NCBI GenBank assembly: GCA_050250895.1 | Contig: JBFWNU010000003.1 | Coordinates: 256,001-320,000 of the forward strand | Source of the DNA: Vulcanimicrobiota bacterium | GTDB lineage: Bacteria > Vulcanimicrobiota > Xenobia > Xenobiales > JADMJV01 | Direction: 5' to 3' | Length of the DNA stretch: 64,000 nucleotides | In this document: one piece after another, positions 37,506-53,053 of the stretch | Layout: each line of letters opens with the position of its first letter | Numbering within the stretch: the stretch's first letter is position 1 | The notes under the pieces: generated by a model | What the model was told of the DNA's origin: nothing | What the model saw: only the letters and a program-made list of their open reading frames with translations | Database searches by the model: none | Position numbers and translations under genes: made by a program

Positions 37506-39340
37506 TTCGCTCCTGTTCGAGTTCGGGCCAAGAGGCCCTCAATGGTTTCTAACAACAATTCAAAGCTGGGAGGCTTGACCAGGAAGGCGTTCATACCGAC
37601 ATCGGCGGCTTTCTCCTGGTCTTCAGGCAGGGTGCGGGCGGTAAGGGCCACGATAGGTACCCGAGGTCTGCGCTGGGCTTCTTCGGCCGTTCGGATGCGA
37701 CGGCAGGCCTCGAGGCCGTCGAGCCCCGGCATCTGCAGGTCCATCAAGATCAGGTCGCAAGGCTCGCGCGACTGCTTTTCAACCGCCTCCAGTCCGTCGC
37801 GCACCCAATCCACCTGGTAGCCCTCTCGCTCCAGACTGAGGCTCATCACCCGGCCGTTGATGGGATTGTCCTCAGCGATGAGGATGCGTTTGCCGGGTGC
37901 GGCCCGCCGTGGTCGGGCCACTTCTTGCGAACTCTCGACGGTGCAGGTTGCTGCGGCCAGCTCGCGCAAACCCCAGCTGGTGGGCAGCCCACGCACCAGA
38001 CGGGAATGCTCTTGACCCTCCATCACCAACTCGTCGTCCTGCAGCCGCAGTGTGGCCGGCCCGCTCGCGCCCGGGCCCAGCAAACGATGGACGAAGTCGC
38101 GTAGTTTTCCCGAAGGGAGGTCCAGGTTGGGGGCCGGCAGTGCCGGCTCTGGCTCAGAGCGCCGCTGAGCCGGAATCGTCAACACAAAGGTGGAGCCCTC
38201 CCCGAGCTGGCTGGTCAGACTGAGCTGGCCGCCCAGTAGCTGGGCCAGTTGCAAAGAGATGGCCAGACCCAGCCCGGTGCCTCCGCGCGGCCGGTGGAAC
38301 GAGTCATCCACCTGGCGAAACTCTTCAAAGATTCTCTCTCGGGATTCTTCGGGCACTCCACATCCGGTGTCCTCCACGGCAAACTCGAGGCCGCCCTCGG
38401 GGGTCACCCGCGCACTTAGCAAGACGTGGCCGCTGGTGGTGAACTTTAGAGCGTTGCCCAGAAGGTTGATCAGAATCTGACGGATCAGGGCCGGGTCTGA
38501 CTCCCACTGGTCAGCCAGCCCCGCCTCGAGGCAGGCCCCCACCAACACCTCCTGGTAGTCAAGATCCCGCTGAAAGGGCGCAATCGACTGGTCGAGCAGG
38601 CCGCGCAAGCTGAAGGTGCGAGGGTTGGGCTCGAGCTTATGGGCGGCCAGCTTCGAGAAATCGAGCACATTGTTGATTACGTCCAGCAGATTCTCGGCGC
38701 TGCGGTGGATGTTAGCCACCGATTGCCGGGTCTCTTGGCCGAGTTCCTCGTCCTCGAGCAGCAACCGCGAGATGCCCAGGACACCGGTCATGGGGGTGCG
38801 GATCTCATGCGAGATATTGGCGAGAAAGATGTCTTTGGCGCGGTTGGCCTCTTCCGCCTGGGCCCGCGCCGTCTGCAGTTCCTGGTTGCGTTGGGACAAC
38901 TTCTGATTGGTCTGCTCGGCCCGGCGCAGCTCTTCTTGGAGACGCGCCTCCAGGCCCAGAATGCGTTGCGGCACCCTCAGGAGCAACTCGAGTTCGGCAC
39001 TATCGAGGGTCTTGGATAAGAATGCATCGGCCCCCGCGCGGAGGGCCTCGATGTGCTCTTCCTGGCCGGTGCGGGCCGTCATGACGATCAAGTAGAGGTG
39101 GGCCTGAGCAGTGGAGCGGCGCACCCATCGACACAGGTCCAGGCCCGTCATGTTAGGCATCACCCAGTCGGTGATGACGGCATGCAGGTCGTCGCGCCCA
39201 TTCAGGGCGGCCATGGCCTCAATAGCCGAAGCACAGGTGGTCACCTGATGCCCCCACTCTCTGAGTAAATCGGCCAAAGCCTCGCGCGAGCCTCGGTGAT
39301 CGTCCACCAGCAACAGGTTCAAGTGGGGAAGTCGGTGCAT
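37502..39340 (-). CDS. Hybrid histidine kinase REC-HisKA-HATPase-REC; start uncertain
   Basis: [28 protein letters not shown] and two receivers; 4-nt overlap with the MCP. Confidence 0.9.
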   Translation of the reverse strand: MHRLPHLNLLLVDDHRGSREALADLLREWGHQVTTCASAIEAMAALNGRDDLHAVITDWVMPNMTGLDLCRWVRRSTAQAHLYLIVMTARTGQEEHIEALRAGADAFLSKTLDSAELELLLRVPQRILGLEARLQEELRRAEQTNQKLSQRNQELQTARAQAEEANRAKDIFLANISHEIRTPMTGVLGISRLLLEDEELGQETRQSVANIHRSAENLLDVINNVLDFSKLAAHKLEPNPRTFSLRGLLDQSIAPFQRDLDYQEVLVGACLEAGLADQWESDPALIRQILINLLGNALKFTTSGHVLLSARVTPEGGLEFAVEDTGCGVPEESRERIFEEFRQVDDSFHRPRGGTGLGLAISLQLAQLLGGQLSLTSQLGEGSTFVLTIPAQRRSEPEPALPAPNLDLPSGKLRDFVHRLLGPGASGPATLRLQDDELVMEGQEHSRLVRGLPTSWGLRELAAATCTVESSQEVARPRRAAPGKRILIAEDNPINGRVMSLSLEREGYQVDWVRDGLEAVEKQSREPCDLILMDLQMPGLDGLEACRRIRTAEEAQRRPRVPIVALTARTLPEDQEKAADVGMNAFLVKPPSFELLLETIEGLLARTRTGAK

Positions 39341-39490
39341 CAGGTGCGTACAGGCAGGGTCAGGCGCCGGCGGGCGCGTCACTCTATTCTCCTCGTCATA
39401 CAGCTCAGCATATGCCAAAGCCCCCCCCGGTCCGGCCCATCATAACACTGGTCCTTGAGCCAGCCTATGTCCGGTTTTGATACACCCCCC

Positions 39491-39506
39491 CTATCCCAGG
39501 GGATGG
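39491..39506. promoter_or_regulatory. Palindromic site ATCC-N4-GGAT upstream of the glycosyltransferase
   Basis: CTATCC-CAGG-GGATGG; the motif recurs in other intergenic regions. Confidence 0.5.
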
Positions 39507-39609
39507 GGTCGGGATAGTCGGACCGGTGGGATGCCCCGGGCGGGGCTGCCGGGATGTGCCAGGGCTAACCCGGTTCGCCTAGGATGAGGAGTGAAAGGCG
39601 GTATTTCGC

Positions 39610-40851
39610 ATGCAAAAGCTTCACGTAGCAATGTTCTCGAATGTCTACGCCCCGGTTGTCAACGGCGTGGCCACCTCGGTCAAATCGTTCCGGGAAGGGC
39701 TCGAAGAGTTGGGGCATCAGGTCTACATCTTTGCTCCCGGGGGCGACACAGAGCATGAGGAGCGATTCGTCTTCCACTATCCCGCCATCGAACTGCCGAT
39801 GCAGAAATATCCGTTGGCCGTGCCGGTCTCGACCCTGGCCGACCAGGTCTTTCCCGTGCTCAAACCCGACATCATCCACGCCCACCACCCCGCGCTGTTG
39901 GGGCGAGCGGCAGCGCGTAAGTCGGAAGAGTACGGCATTCCCTTCGTCTTTACCTATCACACCCGCTATCATGACTACGCGCACTACGCCGAGCCCTTTC
40001 CTAAAGACCGGATCAAGGAATTGATCACCCACTGGCTGGGGCATTTCATGACCAGCTGCCACCGCCTGATCGTGCCCAGCCAGAGTATCAAAGAACTGGT
40101 GGCTGAGACCTACGGGGTCGATCGCAACGTGTCGGTCGTAGCCACCGGCATCGATTTCGAGCGCTTCGGTCGAGCCGAATCCCGACGACAGTCGCTGGGG
40201 TGGAAGGAGGATGAAGTCATCCTGATCAGTGCCGGCCGGCTGGCGCGCGAGAAGAATTTCGACCTGCTGATCGAGGCTTTCTCCAGGCTACCGCGAGAGC
40301 TAGGCGCTCGCCTGGTGATCCTGGGCGAGGGGGACCACCGACCGGTGCTCGAGCAATTGGCCGAGCAACTGGGCGTGGCCGACCGCGTCGATTTATTAGG
40401 GCTGGTGCCGTTCGACCAGATGCCCCACTATCTGAGTTCGGCTGACCTGTTCTGCTTTGCCTCGGTGACCGAGACCCAGGGGCTGGTCACGCTGGAGGCC
40501 ATGGCCACGGGTCTGCCCGTCGCCGCTGTCGAGGCTTCCGGCACCAGTGACGTGGTCGACTCCGGCGTCGAGGGGCTCTTGACTGAAGTCGACGCCTCGG
40601 CGCTGGCTCAAGCCATGGAACGGCTCGTGCGCAGTCGGGAGCTGCGCCACGTCTACGCCGAGGCCGCTCGCAGCAAGGCTCGCCAGTACGACCATCTAGC
40701 CCAGGCCCAGAAGCTGACCGACGTCTATCTGCAGGCTCGGGAGGACTGCCTGAGCGGTCGACGCTTGCAGGTCGAGCTGCAGAGCCACTGGGAGGCCTTC
40801 GTGGACTTCTTCCGGGGCCCGGTAGCCACCCCTGAACGACGAGCATCGTGA
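39610..40851 (+). CDS. GT4 glycosyltransferase (diacylglycerol glycosyltransferase-like)
   Basis: NGVATS, HAHHP, TYHT, GRLAREKN and ETQGLVTLEAM. Confidence 0.9.
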   Translation: MQKLHVAMFSNVYAPVVNGVATSVKSFREGLEELGHQVYIFAPGGDTEHEERFVFHYPAIELPMQKYPLAVPVSTLADQVFPVLKPDIIHAHHPALLGRAAARKSEEYGIPFVFTYHTRYHDYAHYAEPFPKDRIKELITHWLGHFMTSCHRLIVPSQSIKELVAETYGVDRNVSVVATGIDFERFGRAESRRQSLGWKEDEVILISAGRLAREKNFDLLIEAFSRLPRELGARLVILGEGDHRPVLEQLAEQLGVADRVDLLGLVPFDQMPHYLSSADLFCFASVTETQGLVTLEAMATGLPVAAVEASGTSDVVDSGVEGLLTEVDASALAQAMERLVRSRELRHVYAEAARSKARQYDHLAQAQKLTDVYLQAREDCLSGRRLQVELQSHWEAFVDFFRGPVATPERRAS

Positions 40852-40868
40852 CCGCTTGCCGCCGGATA

Positions 40869-40884
40869 CCATCCGGTGGGATGG
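40869..40884. promoter_or_regulatory. Palindromic site ATCC-N4-GGAT
   Basis: CCATCC-GGTG-GGATGG upstream of 40966. Confidence 0.5.
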
Positions 40885-40965
40885 GGGTGATTGGTCCCCC
40901 GGTGCCGTGTTCTCGAAGCCAGCCCAGCCTATGCTAAGGACAACCAACGAAGGAGAGGACTCAGA

Positions 40966-41343
40966 ATGAAAAGACTGACGATGATGTCCGCTGTGGTAGC
41001 CCTGCTCCTGGGAGTCTACGCGACCACCTATTCGCGGCCGGCCGAGGCCCAGATTTTACTGGTGACCGGTAAATACCGGATTGTATCGGTGGACGAGGGC
41101 GAGCGCCGCTTTGGAGTGGCCCTGCCCGAAGACGATCCCCAGGTTCGCCAAAACTGGATCTACATCGACAACGATACCAAGATGGTGGTGCGAACCTACG
41201 CCGCCAACGGCTACTTCAAGGACGAATTCATTACCGAAGAAGGCATGTACGACGTGCTTCGTAACCATCGCGGCGATGTCATCCGAATTCACGGAGGACG
41301 CGACTGGGACGGTTCGATCGACGCCAAGAAGATCTGGATGTAA
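40966..41343 (+). CDS. Secreted hypothetical protein (small beta/OB-like)
   Basis: RBS AGGAGAGG; signal peptide ending AEA-Q. Confidence 0.75.
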   Translation: MKRLTMMSAVVALLLGVYATTYSRPAEAQILLVTGKYRIVSVDEGERRFGVALPEDDPQVRQNWIYIDNDTKMVVRTYAANGYFKDEFITEEGMYDVLRNHRGDVIRIHGGRDWDGSIDAKKIWM

Positions 41344-41349
41344 AGCTGC

Positions 41350-43158
41350 GTGAGCGAACACTCGTTGCTCGCATTTGCGGGCATCTTTGCCCTTGGCGTA
41401 GGAGCTCAGTGGTTCGCCCACCTGACCAGGCGGCCAGCAATCTTGATGCTGCTGGCCGCCGGGCTGTTGGCCGGACCCGTTTTCGGGCTCCTCAATCCTG
41501 ACGACCTGTTCGGCGACTTCTTGTTGCCCTTCGTATCCCTGGCTGTGGCGGTCATTCTCTTTGAGGGCGGCCTATCGTTGCGCTTGAGCGATCTGGGCGA
41601 CCCGGAGGTCCGCAACAGCGTGACTTCGATGGTTCTGCTCGGCTCGCTGGTCACCTTGACGCTGGTATCGCTGAGCGCCTACTGGTTGCTGGGATTCGAG
41701 CCAGAACTAGCCATTCTGCTGGGAGCAATCCTGGTGGTGACGGGGCCGACCGTGATCGTGCCCTTGCTGCGGCAGTTGCGACTGCGCGGCCGCGTGGGGC
41801 CGATTTTGCGCTGGGAAGGGATGATGAACGACCCGCTGGGAGCCATCCTGGCCCTGCTTGTCTTTGAAGGCATCCTCACCGGTGACCTGCTGCAAGCCCG
41901 CACTATCGCGGTGGCCGGCATGGTCCGCGCCCTATTGGTGGGAGCGGTGGGAGCGATTGTTTTCGCGCGCGCCCTGCGGGTGGCCCTGGTCCGCTTCTGG
42001 ATGCCCGACCATCTGCGAGCTCCGGTGGCCCTGATGATGGCTCTCACTCTGTTCGGACTGTGCGACCTGTTCCAGGCCGAGTCGGGACTGGTGGCCGTGA
42101 CCCTGATGGGAGTGCTGCTGGCCAACGACGAGAAGGTCGAAGTAGGCTCGATTCTCGAGTTCAAAGAGACGCTCAGCGTGCTCTTGATCTCGGTCTTGTT
42201 CATCCTGCTTTCGGCCCGGGTGACCCGCGAATCGCTGCTTAGCTATAGCGGCCAGTCGCTGGTGTTCGTGGCCGTGGTGGTCCTGGCCGTCCGACCCCTG
42301 GCGGTCTTCGTGTCCACCGTGAGGACCGGACTCGATTATCGCGACAAGCTGTTGCTCTCGGTCCTCGGACCCCGAGGTATCGTGGCCGCGGCCGTCTCGT
42401 CGGTGTTTGCGCTCCGGCTGGAAGCCGAGGGATTTCCCCGAGCGGCCGAGTTGATGACGATGACTTTCCTGGTCATCGCCGTCACGGTGGCGTGCGCTGG
42501 TCTCGCCGGACCGATCGTGGCTCGCTGCTTTGGGCTAAGCGAGGATCAGGTGGACGGCTTGCTGCTGGTGGGTGCCCATTTGCCAGCGCGCGAGATAGCT
42601 TCTCAGGTGGCCAGCCGCGGCTCGCGGGTGCTACTGGTCGACACCAATCCGGCCAACGTGGCCACGGCTCGACTGGCGGGTCTCGAGGCGGTGCGAGGCA
42701 ATGTGCTGACCCGAGACCTGCGCGAACGGCTCGATATGCGAGGCATCGGGCATGTGCTGGCTTTGACCCCAAACGACGAGGTCAACACCCTGGTGGCGGC
42801 CATTTACGAACGGGAATTTGAACGCTCCCGGGTCTTTCGCCTGACCGGCACCTTGAACGGTCCGGGCCGGGCGCTACATCAAGAATTGTCTTTCCGCCGT
42901 CTCGACGAGCTGTGGAAAGAGGGCTGGCGGCCGTTCTGGTCGGCCTGGCCCGAAGGGGCCGCCAAAGGCGCAGTGGCTCTGGTCTATCGCGATGACGATG
43001 GCCGGATGCACTGGCTTGGTCCCGAGCTGACCAGCAACCTCAAAGAGGGGACGGAGGTGCTGGCACTTGCTCCCCCTCGACCCGATCCGGTGATCCCGCC
43101 GGAGCGGATAGACTATACACCCCGGCTAGTAGCCGCGGGGAACGGAGAGAAGAACTGA
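41350..43158 (+). CDS. CPA1-family Na+/H+ antiporter with TrkA-N domain
   Basis: ILFEGG, TGPTV, EGMMND and GPRGIVAAA; NAD-binding-like tail. Confidence 0.9.
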   Translation: MSEHSLLAFAGIFALGVGAQWFAHLTRRPAILMLLAAGLLAGPVFGLLNPDDLFGDFLLPFVSLAVAVILFEGGLSLRLSDLGDPEVRNSVTSMVLLGSLVTLTLVSLSAYWLLGFEPELAILLGAILVVTGPTVIVPLLRQLRLRGRVGPILRWEGMMNDPLGAILALLVFEGILTGDLLQARTIAVAGMVRALLVGAVGAIVFARALRVALVRFWMPDHLRAPVALMMALTLFGLCDLFQAESGLVAVTLMGVLLANDEKVEVGSILEFKETLSVLLISVLFILLSARVTRESLLSYSGQSLVFVAVVVLAVRPLAVFVSTVRTGLDYRDKLLLSVLGPRGIVAAAVSSVFALRLEAEGFPRAAELMTMTFLVIAVTVACAGLAGPIVARCFGLSEDQVDGLLLVGAHLPAREIASQVASRGSRVLLVDTNPANVATARLAGLEAVRGNVLTRDLRERLDMRGIGHVLALTPNDEVNTLVAAIYEREFERSRVFRLTGTLNGPGRALHQELSFRRLDELWKEGWRPFWSAWPEGAAKGAVALVYRDDDGRMHWLGPELTSNLKEGTEVLALAPPRPDPVIPPERIDYTPRLVAAGNGEKN

Positions 43159-43826
43159 TGAAAGACGTCAAGCTAGTGATCGTGGACGACCACCCGGTGG
43201 TCCTGCAAGGACTCAAGCACATGATGAACGAGGCCGATGGCATCGAGGTGGTCGGTCAGGCCAACAGCGGCGACGAGGCCCTGGACAAGATTCCCAAATG
43301 GAAACCCGATGTGGTTCTCATGGATGTGCGTCTGCCGGGCATGAACGGTCTGGAAGTGATGCGTCGCCTCAAAGAGCAGATGCGGGATCTCCACATCATC
43401 TTGATCACCGTTTCCGATAGCGACCTCTACCTGGTCGAGGCACTGCGGTGGGGGGCCAGTGGTTACCTCTCGAAGGACTCGTCCAAGGAGCTGATCAGCC
43501 ACGCCGTCAAAGCCGCCGTGCAGGGTGGTACCACGCTGGCTCAGCCCCTGGTGGACAAAGGCTTCGGCGCCATCGCGCGCTCGGCCGTCAACCTGGGCAA
43601 GCCCAAGGATGACGAATCGCTGCCGTCGCTGGTCGAACTCACCCCCCGTGAACTCGACGTGCTGCGCCTGGTCTCGGAAGGAAAAACCAACCGCACCATC
43701 GCCGGCGAGTTGAGTCTGGCCGAGGTGACGGTCAAAAAGCACGTCCAGTCGATCCTCAGCAAGCTGGGAGTCCGCGACCGGACCCAGGCGGCTCTGCGGG
43801 GGGTTCGTCTGGCCTTGATCGATTAG
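43158..43826 (+). CDS. NarL/LuxR-family response regulator
   Basis: VDDHP, MDVRLP, LTPRELDVL, TVKKHV and KLGVRDRTQA. Confidence 0.95.
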   Translation: MKDVKLVIVDDHPVVLQGLKHMMNEADGIEVVGQANSGDEALDKIPKWKPDVVLMDVRLPGMNGLEVMRRLKEQMRDLHIILITVSDSDLYLVEALRWGASGYLSKDSSKELISHAVKAAVQGGTTLAQPLVDKGFGAIARSAVNLGKPKDDESLPSLVELTPRELDVLRLVSEGKTNRTIAGELSLAEVTVKKHVQSILSKLGVRDRTQAALRGVRLALID

Positions 43827-43844
43827 CACGACCCAGGCTCTTCG

Positions 43845-43860
43845 GTATCCGAGTGGATGG
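43845..43860. promoter_or_regulatory. Palindromic site ATCC-N4-GGAT
   Basis: GTATCC-GAGT-GGATGG upstream of 43935. Confidence 0.45.
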
Positions 43861-43934
43861 GCGGGTCGGATACCCGCGGGGCACCTTCGACTCCCCTGGC
43901 GCTGCTAAGCTAGAGCCAGAAAGGGAGGAACATC

Positions 43935-44534
43935 GTGCGCTACATCATCGACCTGGTTGCTCTAGTAGGCTTGACTCTGGTGCTGGGGGCCGCGCGGCCC
44001 CAGCAGTTGCTGGGAGTCAGCCACAACGGCTCGGCCGGTTTACGGGCCGGCGACTTCTTGCAAGTCGACTACCACGGCAAGCCCGGACGGCTCGTTTCAT
44101 TCGGTTTGCCCGGCATCGCCGATGGCTGGTTGATGGAAGAGATCGAACCCGGCGTCTATCGAGGCTCGGTGATGATTCTGCCGTCGTTTGGGCGTTATCA
44201 CTCTGCCCTGCAAGTGCGGGTCAGTCGAGGCCACGAATCCTCCGAGGTGTTCGAATCCGAACGTCCGGTCGTTCTGTTACCCCCCGACTCGCAGCGGCAG
44301 GTCTTTCTCCATCAGACTCCGGACGGACTGCGCCTGGCTTTCGACACCACGGTCTTGATCAATACGCTCGACGTGCGGCTGGATGGTCAGCCGTTGGGCA
44401 ACGACTATCGGCCCACCAATAACTACTTTGAAGTAGCTCTTCCAGGCGGACTCAAAGGCTCGCATAAGCTGGAGGTATCGGTCACCACCCTCGACGATCG
44501 CCGCCTCAGCCTGGAGCGATCATTCATTCAGTAA
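43935..44534 (+). CDS. Exported hypothetical protein (Ig-like, resembles domains of 28808-30220)
   Basis: RBS GGAGG; HN...LRAGD.L.V and MEEIEPGVYRG resemble HNARGTLRQGDRLTV and MREVSSGRYQG. Confidence 0.7.
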   Translation: MRYIIDLVALVGLTLVLGAARPQQLLGVSHNGSAGLRAGDFLQVDYHGKPGRLVSFGLPGIADGWLMEEIEPGVYRGSVMILPSFGRYHSALQVRVSRGHESSEVFESERPVVLLPPDSQRQVFLHQTPDGLRLAFDTTVLINTLDVRLDGQPLGNDYRPTNNYFEVALPGGLKGSHKLEVSVTTLDDRRLSLERSFIQ

Positions 44535-44581
44535 CGGCTGGGGACGAAGGATTCATTTTGGATTGGGTCAATAGAGCCCCC

Positions 44582-49174
<4,593 letters not shown>

Positions 49175-49192
<18 letters not shown>

Positions 49193-50104
49193 GGCGTCTT
49201 GCAGGGCTCGATGGCGGCGCGAGATGATGCGCACGTAGTCGCGGGTCTCTTGGTAGGGTGGCACGCCGCGATAGCGGCTGACCGCGCCGGGGCCAGCATT
49301 ATAGGCCGCCAGGGCCAGGCGTTGCTTGCCGCCAAAGCGACGCATCTGCTGGCTGAGGTAGCGAGCGGCGCCACGTAGATTCTGTTCGTCGTCGCGAGGG
49401 TTGACCCCGAGTTCTCGAGCCGTCTCGGGCATCAGCTGGCCGTAACCCAGCGCGCCCACGGGCGAAACGGCGTCGGCGCGAAAGGCCGACTCGGTAGCTA
49501 CCAGCGAGGCCAGGAGTTCAGGCTCGAGTGAATTCTCGCGAGCCGTGTCGCAAATCATCGCGGCCAGCTCCATCGACTGGTCGGGCGACAGACCTCCATT
49601 GAACTGCCGAATGTAGGCGCCCAGCACGGTGAGTTCGCGCTCGTCGCCAAGGGCGACCAAATTCTGGCTACGAAACGCCTGGGCGAGGTCGCGCCCGGGA
49701 CGAGTGGCCACGGCCACGCGAGACAGGGAAATGGCGGTCAGGCTGTGGTCGAATTCGCGACGGGTCAAGACCATCACTTCACAGCCGGGCTCGAGCCAGG
49801 AAGCATCCTGGCTGGACGGCGAGATCTCCATGAGGTGTTCGCCAGCCTGGACGAAGAGTTTGCCCTTGCGGCGGCTGAGCAGGGTGCCTCGGATATTGGC
49901 GACCTCACCGACATTGTCGCCGATGGGTGGGGGAGCTATCGGCCTTAGTCCGCGAGGCTTCGGCTCTTCGGCCTCGACCGGAGCTTCGGTGACAATGGAC
50001 TCAGAGACGACCACTGGCTGATTGAGCGTCGTCGGGGTGTGGGGCTTCGTGAAGAAGAATAGCGCGGATAGGGAGGCGATCCCAAGATACAATCCCGCTC
50101 GCAT
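49175..50104 (-). CDS. Lytic transglycosylase (SLT domain)
   Basis: TESAF catalytic Glu, [16 protein letters not shown] and PPYQET. Confidence 0.9.
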
Positions 50105-50155
50105 TGAGAGACTCCGTGTTTAGTTGTCAGCACCCTGTCTCGGCCATGTAAGCAC

Positions 50156-50181
50156 AAAAAAAGGGGTCTGACAACCCCTTT
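50156..50181 (-). terminator. Rho-independent terminator
   Basis: Minus strand AAGGGGT-TGTCAG-ACCCCTT followed by a T run. Confidence 0.75.
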
Positions 50182-50202
50182 GTAAACATTTTGTAAACAG
50201 GC

Positions 50203-50556
50203 TTAGCCGCCGACATAGTTCGTCGAGCCGGCCGTCCTCTCTCTGGTTGGCATCGGCGCCAGTCGGCGAGCGTGCATCTTGCCATCCAGATAGCGGGTAA
50301 CGGTAACGTCCACCATGCGTCCACGCAGGCGGGTGCGTGGCATACCCATCAGGTCCTCACCGTAGCTCACGGTGATTCGCTTCGAGCCGTCAACCAGAAC
50401 GGTCATGGAGTCTTGGTCGGGGTCCACCGACAGCACGCGACCTCGAATGTGATCGAGGCCGCGATGTCGGGCCACGGTCGCGCCCATAGCAGCGATATAT
50501 AGAAAGCCCCCGAGCAGGAGCACGATAGCGATGGTATTGCGTGTTCTCTTCTTCAT
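50203..50556 (-). CDS. Membrane-anchored hypothetical protein (OB-fold-like)
   Basis: MKKRTR plus a TM helix; GRVLSVD strand pattern. Confidence 0.6.
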   Translation of the reverse strand: MKKRTRNTIAIVLLLGGFLYIAAMGATVARHRGLDHIRGRVLSVDPDQDSMTVLVDGSKRITVSYGEDLMGMPRTRLRGRMVDVTVTRYLDGKMHARRLAPMPTRERTAGSTNYVGG

Positions 50557-50650
50557 ACTTCCATTGTGGCGCATGGCAGCCGCGGCCCGAGAGACTCGCC
50601 AGGACACTGATGGGGGATTCGCTTGGCGGGCCGGAGGATAGGCTTTTCCA

Positions 50651-50668
50651 CCTATCCCGCCGGATAGG
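50651..50668. promoter_or_regulatory. Perfect palindromic site CCTATCC-N4-GGATAGG between divergent genes
   Basis: CCTATCC-CGCC-GGATAGG, with an extra half-site at 50636. Confidence 0.55.
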
Positions 50669-50793
50669 CCCGGCAAATACCGGCGAGGCTCCAGGGCTGT
50701 GTGATCATCGGACTACACTGGGCATGCAATACCCTGTCACCGGTCGCGGCCCGCCCGGGCCGCGACCACTCTCAGGGAGCATCGGGAGGAAAC

Positions 50794-53010
50794 GTGAAGC
50801 GTCGTAAGACTCTGAGTAGGAAGGCCTGGCGGGTCTTGGGCCGCCTGGTCATCGTATTGTTGGTCGCGGTCGGGATCACCGGCATTTTGGCCGCCCGAAC
50901 CATCCGTCAGATCTATCGTGATGTGGCCGAGACGCTGCCTCCCCTGACCCGCCTCGAGGAGCCCAGGCTGGCCCAGACCACCAAGCTCTTCTCGCACGAC
51001 GGCCAGCTGATCGCTACTCTCTTTCATGAGAACCGCCGTCCGGTCGCGCTCGACGAGGTAGCGCCCTCGATGCTGGCCGCTTTGATGTCTATCGAGGACC
51101 AGCGTTTCTATCTGCATGACGGAGTCGATCCGATGGGCGTGCTGCGGGCCGCCCTGGCTAACGTGATGCACGGAGGCATCGACCAGGGGGCCAGCACCTT
51201 GACGATGCAGTTGGCTCGACGCCTGTATTTGACCGACGAGCGCTCCTATTGGAGAAAATTCCGGGAGGCGCTGCTGGCCAGGCGGATCGAGCAAGAGTTC
51301 ACCAAAGAGCAGATCCTCGAGGCCTATCTCAACGAGGTCTATTTCGGCGAGGGAACCTACGGTGTAGCCGCCGCCTCCAGTCACTACTTCGGCCTTGCTC
51401 CCGACCGGCTGACTCCGGCCCAGAGCGCCATGCTGGCGGGCCTGGTGCAATCCCCCTCGGCCCTGGCCCCGGGCGCCGACCCCGAGGCTTGCCGTCGCCG
51501 CCAACTGTCGGTGCTCGAACGCATGCACGAACTGGGCTATCTCGAGGACGTCGAATACGCCGAGGCGACTCACGAGGCCAAGACGATGAAGGTGCGCGAC
51601 ACCAAAGCGGTGCAGCCCGTGCTCAAGTATCCCTACTTCACCACCTACGCCATCAAGGAGCTGTCCGAGCAGTTCAGCCAGGCCAAGCTCTATGAGTCGG
51701 GCTTCAAGATCTATACCACCCTCGATATCGAGCTTCAGCGGATGGCGGAGCATCACCTGACCCAGGTCATCCAGAGCATGGGCCCGGGCTACCACGCCGA
51801 CTCGGCCGCCCTGGTCCTGATCGAAAACGATACCGGCGCTATCCGCGCCATGGTGGGCGGGGTCGGTTGGAGCGACAAGAACCAATTCAATCGCGCCTGG
51901 CAGGCAGCCCGCCAACCTGGCTCATGCTTTAAGGCCTTTCTCTACACCGCCGCGCTCGAGTCTGGCATGAACCCGGAAGACCTGGTAAAGGACACCGCTG
52001 TCACCCTTAAATTGACCAACGGCCAGACCTGGAAGCCCCACAACGCCGACGGCAGGAGCCTGGGTGAAATTCCCTTGCGCGAGGCGCTCAAGCGCTCCCG
52101 CAACCTGGTCGCGGCTCGGCTGGTAGCTAAACTCGGTCCCGACCGGGTGGTCGATGTGGCTCACCGATGCGGCGTCGAGAGCGACCTGCCCACGGTGCCG
52201 GCCGTGGCCCTGGGAGCCGCGGAAGTAACACCGCTCGAGATGGCCCAGGCCTTCTCGACCTTTCCCAACGCCGGCCGCCGCCATCACGCCTACGCCGTCG
52301 GGCTGGTCGCCAACCAGCAGGGCGAGCCCGTGGCCAACATGGCTAGCCACTGGACCCGGCAAGCCCTGTCACCGATCACCGCCGAACGCATGACCGAGAT
52401 GCTGGCCCGAGTCGTTCGCTCGGGCACCGGCACCGGGGCAGCTATTCCCTATCAGCTGGTGGCTGGCAAGACCGGCACGACCGATAGTTACAAGGACGCC
52501 TGGTTCGTCGGCTTCACTCCCTACTACACCTGCGCCGTCTGGGTCGGAAACACCGATAATTCGCCCACCTGGGGTGTCTTCGGTGGAGGTCTGCCGGCCG
52601 AGATTTTCCGGCGCGTCATGACCGACGCTCACCGCGACCTGCCCCCGTCCACCTACGCCGGGTTCGGCGAACCCACCAAACTCAAGCTCTGCAAAAACAG
52701 CCATCAACTGGCCTCGCCCGAGTGTGCAGAAACTTACCAGGAGGTCTTCTTTACCTCCACCCGCCCAGACGAACAGTGCGACGAGTGCGGCCAGACCAGG
52801 ATGTTCCTCGAGTTCGACTATCCACGGGCCGACACGCCCTATCCAGAGGCGGATCAGCCCGAGCTCGACCAGCAGCCGTCCTGGCCGCAGGACACCAGCC
52901 AGGATGAGCCTTCCTCCTCCGAGCCGGTAAGTCAGGAGGAAACCGCCGATCCATCGGGATGGGGGTCGCCTAACCAGGAGTACGTTCCGGATTCCCCGCC
53001 GGTAGAATAG
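50794..53010 (+). CDS. Class A penicillin-binding protein (PBP1A family)
   Basis: EDQRFY.H.G, GASTLTMQL, SCFK, SRN and KTGT; RBS GGAGG before GTG. Confidence 0.93.
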   Translation: MKRRKTLSRKAWRVLGRLVIVLLVAVGITGILAARTIRQIYRDVAETLPPLTRLEEPRLAQTTKLFSHDGQLIATLFHENRRPVALDEVAPSMLAALMSIEDQRFYLHDGVDPMGVLRAALANVMHGGIDQGASTLTMQLARRLYLTDERSYWRKFREALLARRIEQEFTKEQILEAYLNEVYFGEGTYGVAAASSHYFGLAPDRLTPAQSAMLAGLVQSPSALAPGADPEACRRRQLSVLERMHELGYLEDVEYAEATHEAKTMKVRDTKAVQPVLKYPYFTTYAIKELSEQFSQAKLYESGFKIYTTLDIELQRMAEHHLTQVIQSMGPGYHADSAALVLIENDTGAIRAMVGGVGWSDKNQFNRAWQAARQPGSCFKAFLYTAALESGMNPEDLVKDTAVTLKLTNGQTWKPHNADGRSLGEIPLREALKRSRNLVAARLVAKLGPDRVVDVAHRCGVESDLPTVPAVALGAAEVTPLEMAQAFSTFPNAGRRHHAYAVGLVANQQGEPVANMASHWTRQALSPITAERMTEMLARVVRSGTGTGAAIPYQLVAGKTGTTDSYKDAWFVGFTPYYTCAVWVGNTDNSPTWGVFGGGLPAEIFRRVMTDAHRDLPPSTYAGFGEPTKLKLCKNSHQLASPECAETYQEVFFTSTRPDEQCDECGQTRMFLEFDYPRADTPYPEADQPELDQQPSWPQDTSQDEPSSSEPVSQEETADPSGWGSPNQEYVPDSPPVE

Positions 53011-53053
53011 GCTGGATATATGACGTCGACCCTCGGGTCGGGAAGGAGAGACT

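Noticed and set aside
50180-50199. TTGTAAACA direct repeat (11-bp period) upstream of the lytic transglycosylase
   Set aside because: A plausible regulator box, but it occurs once and abuts a terminator, so support is insufficient.
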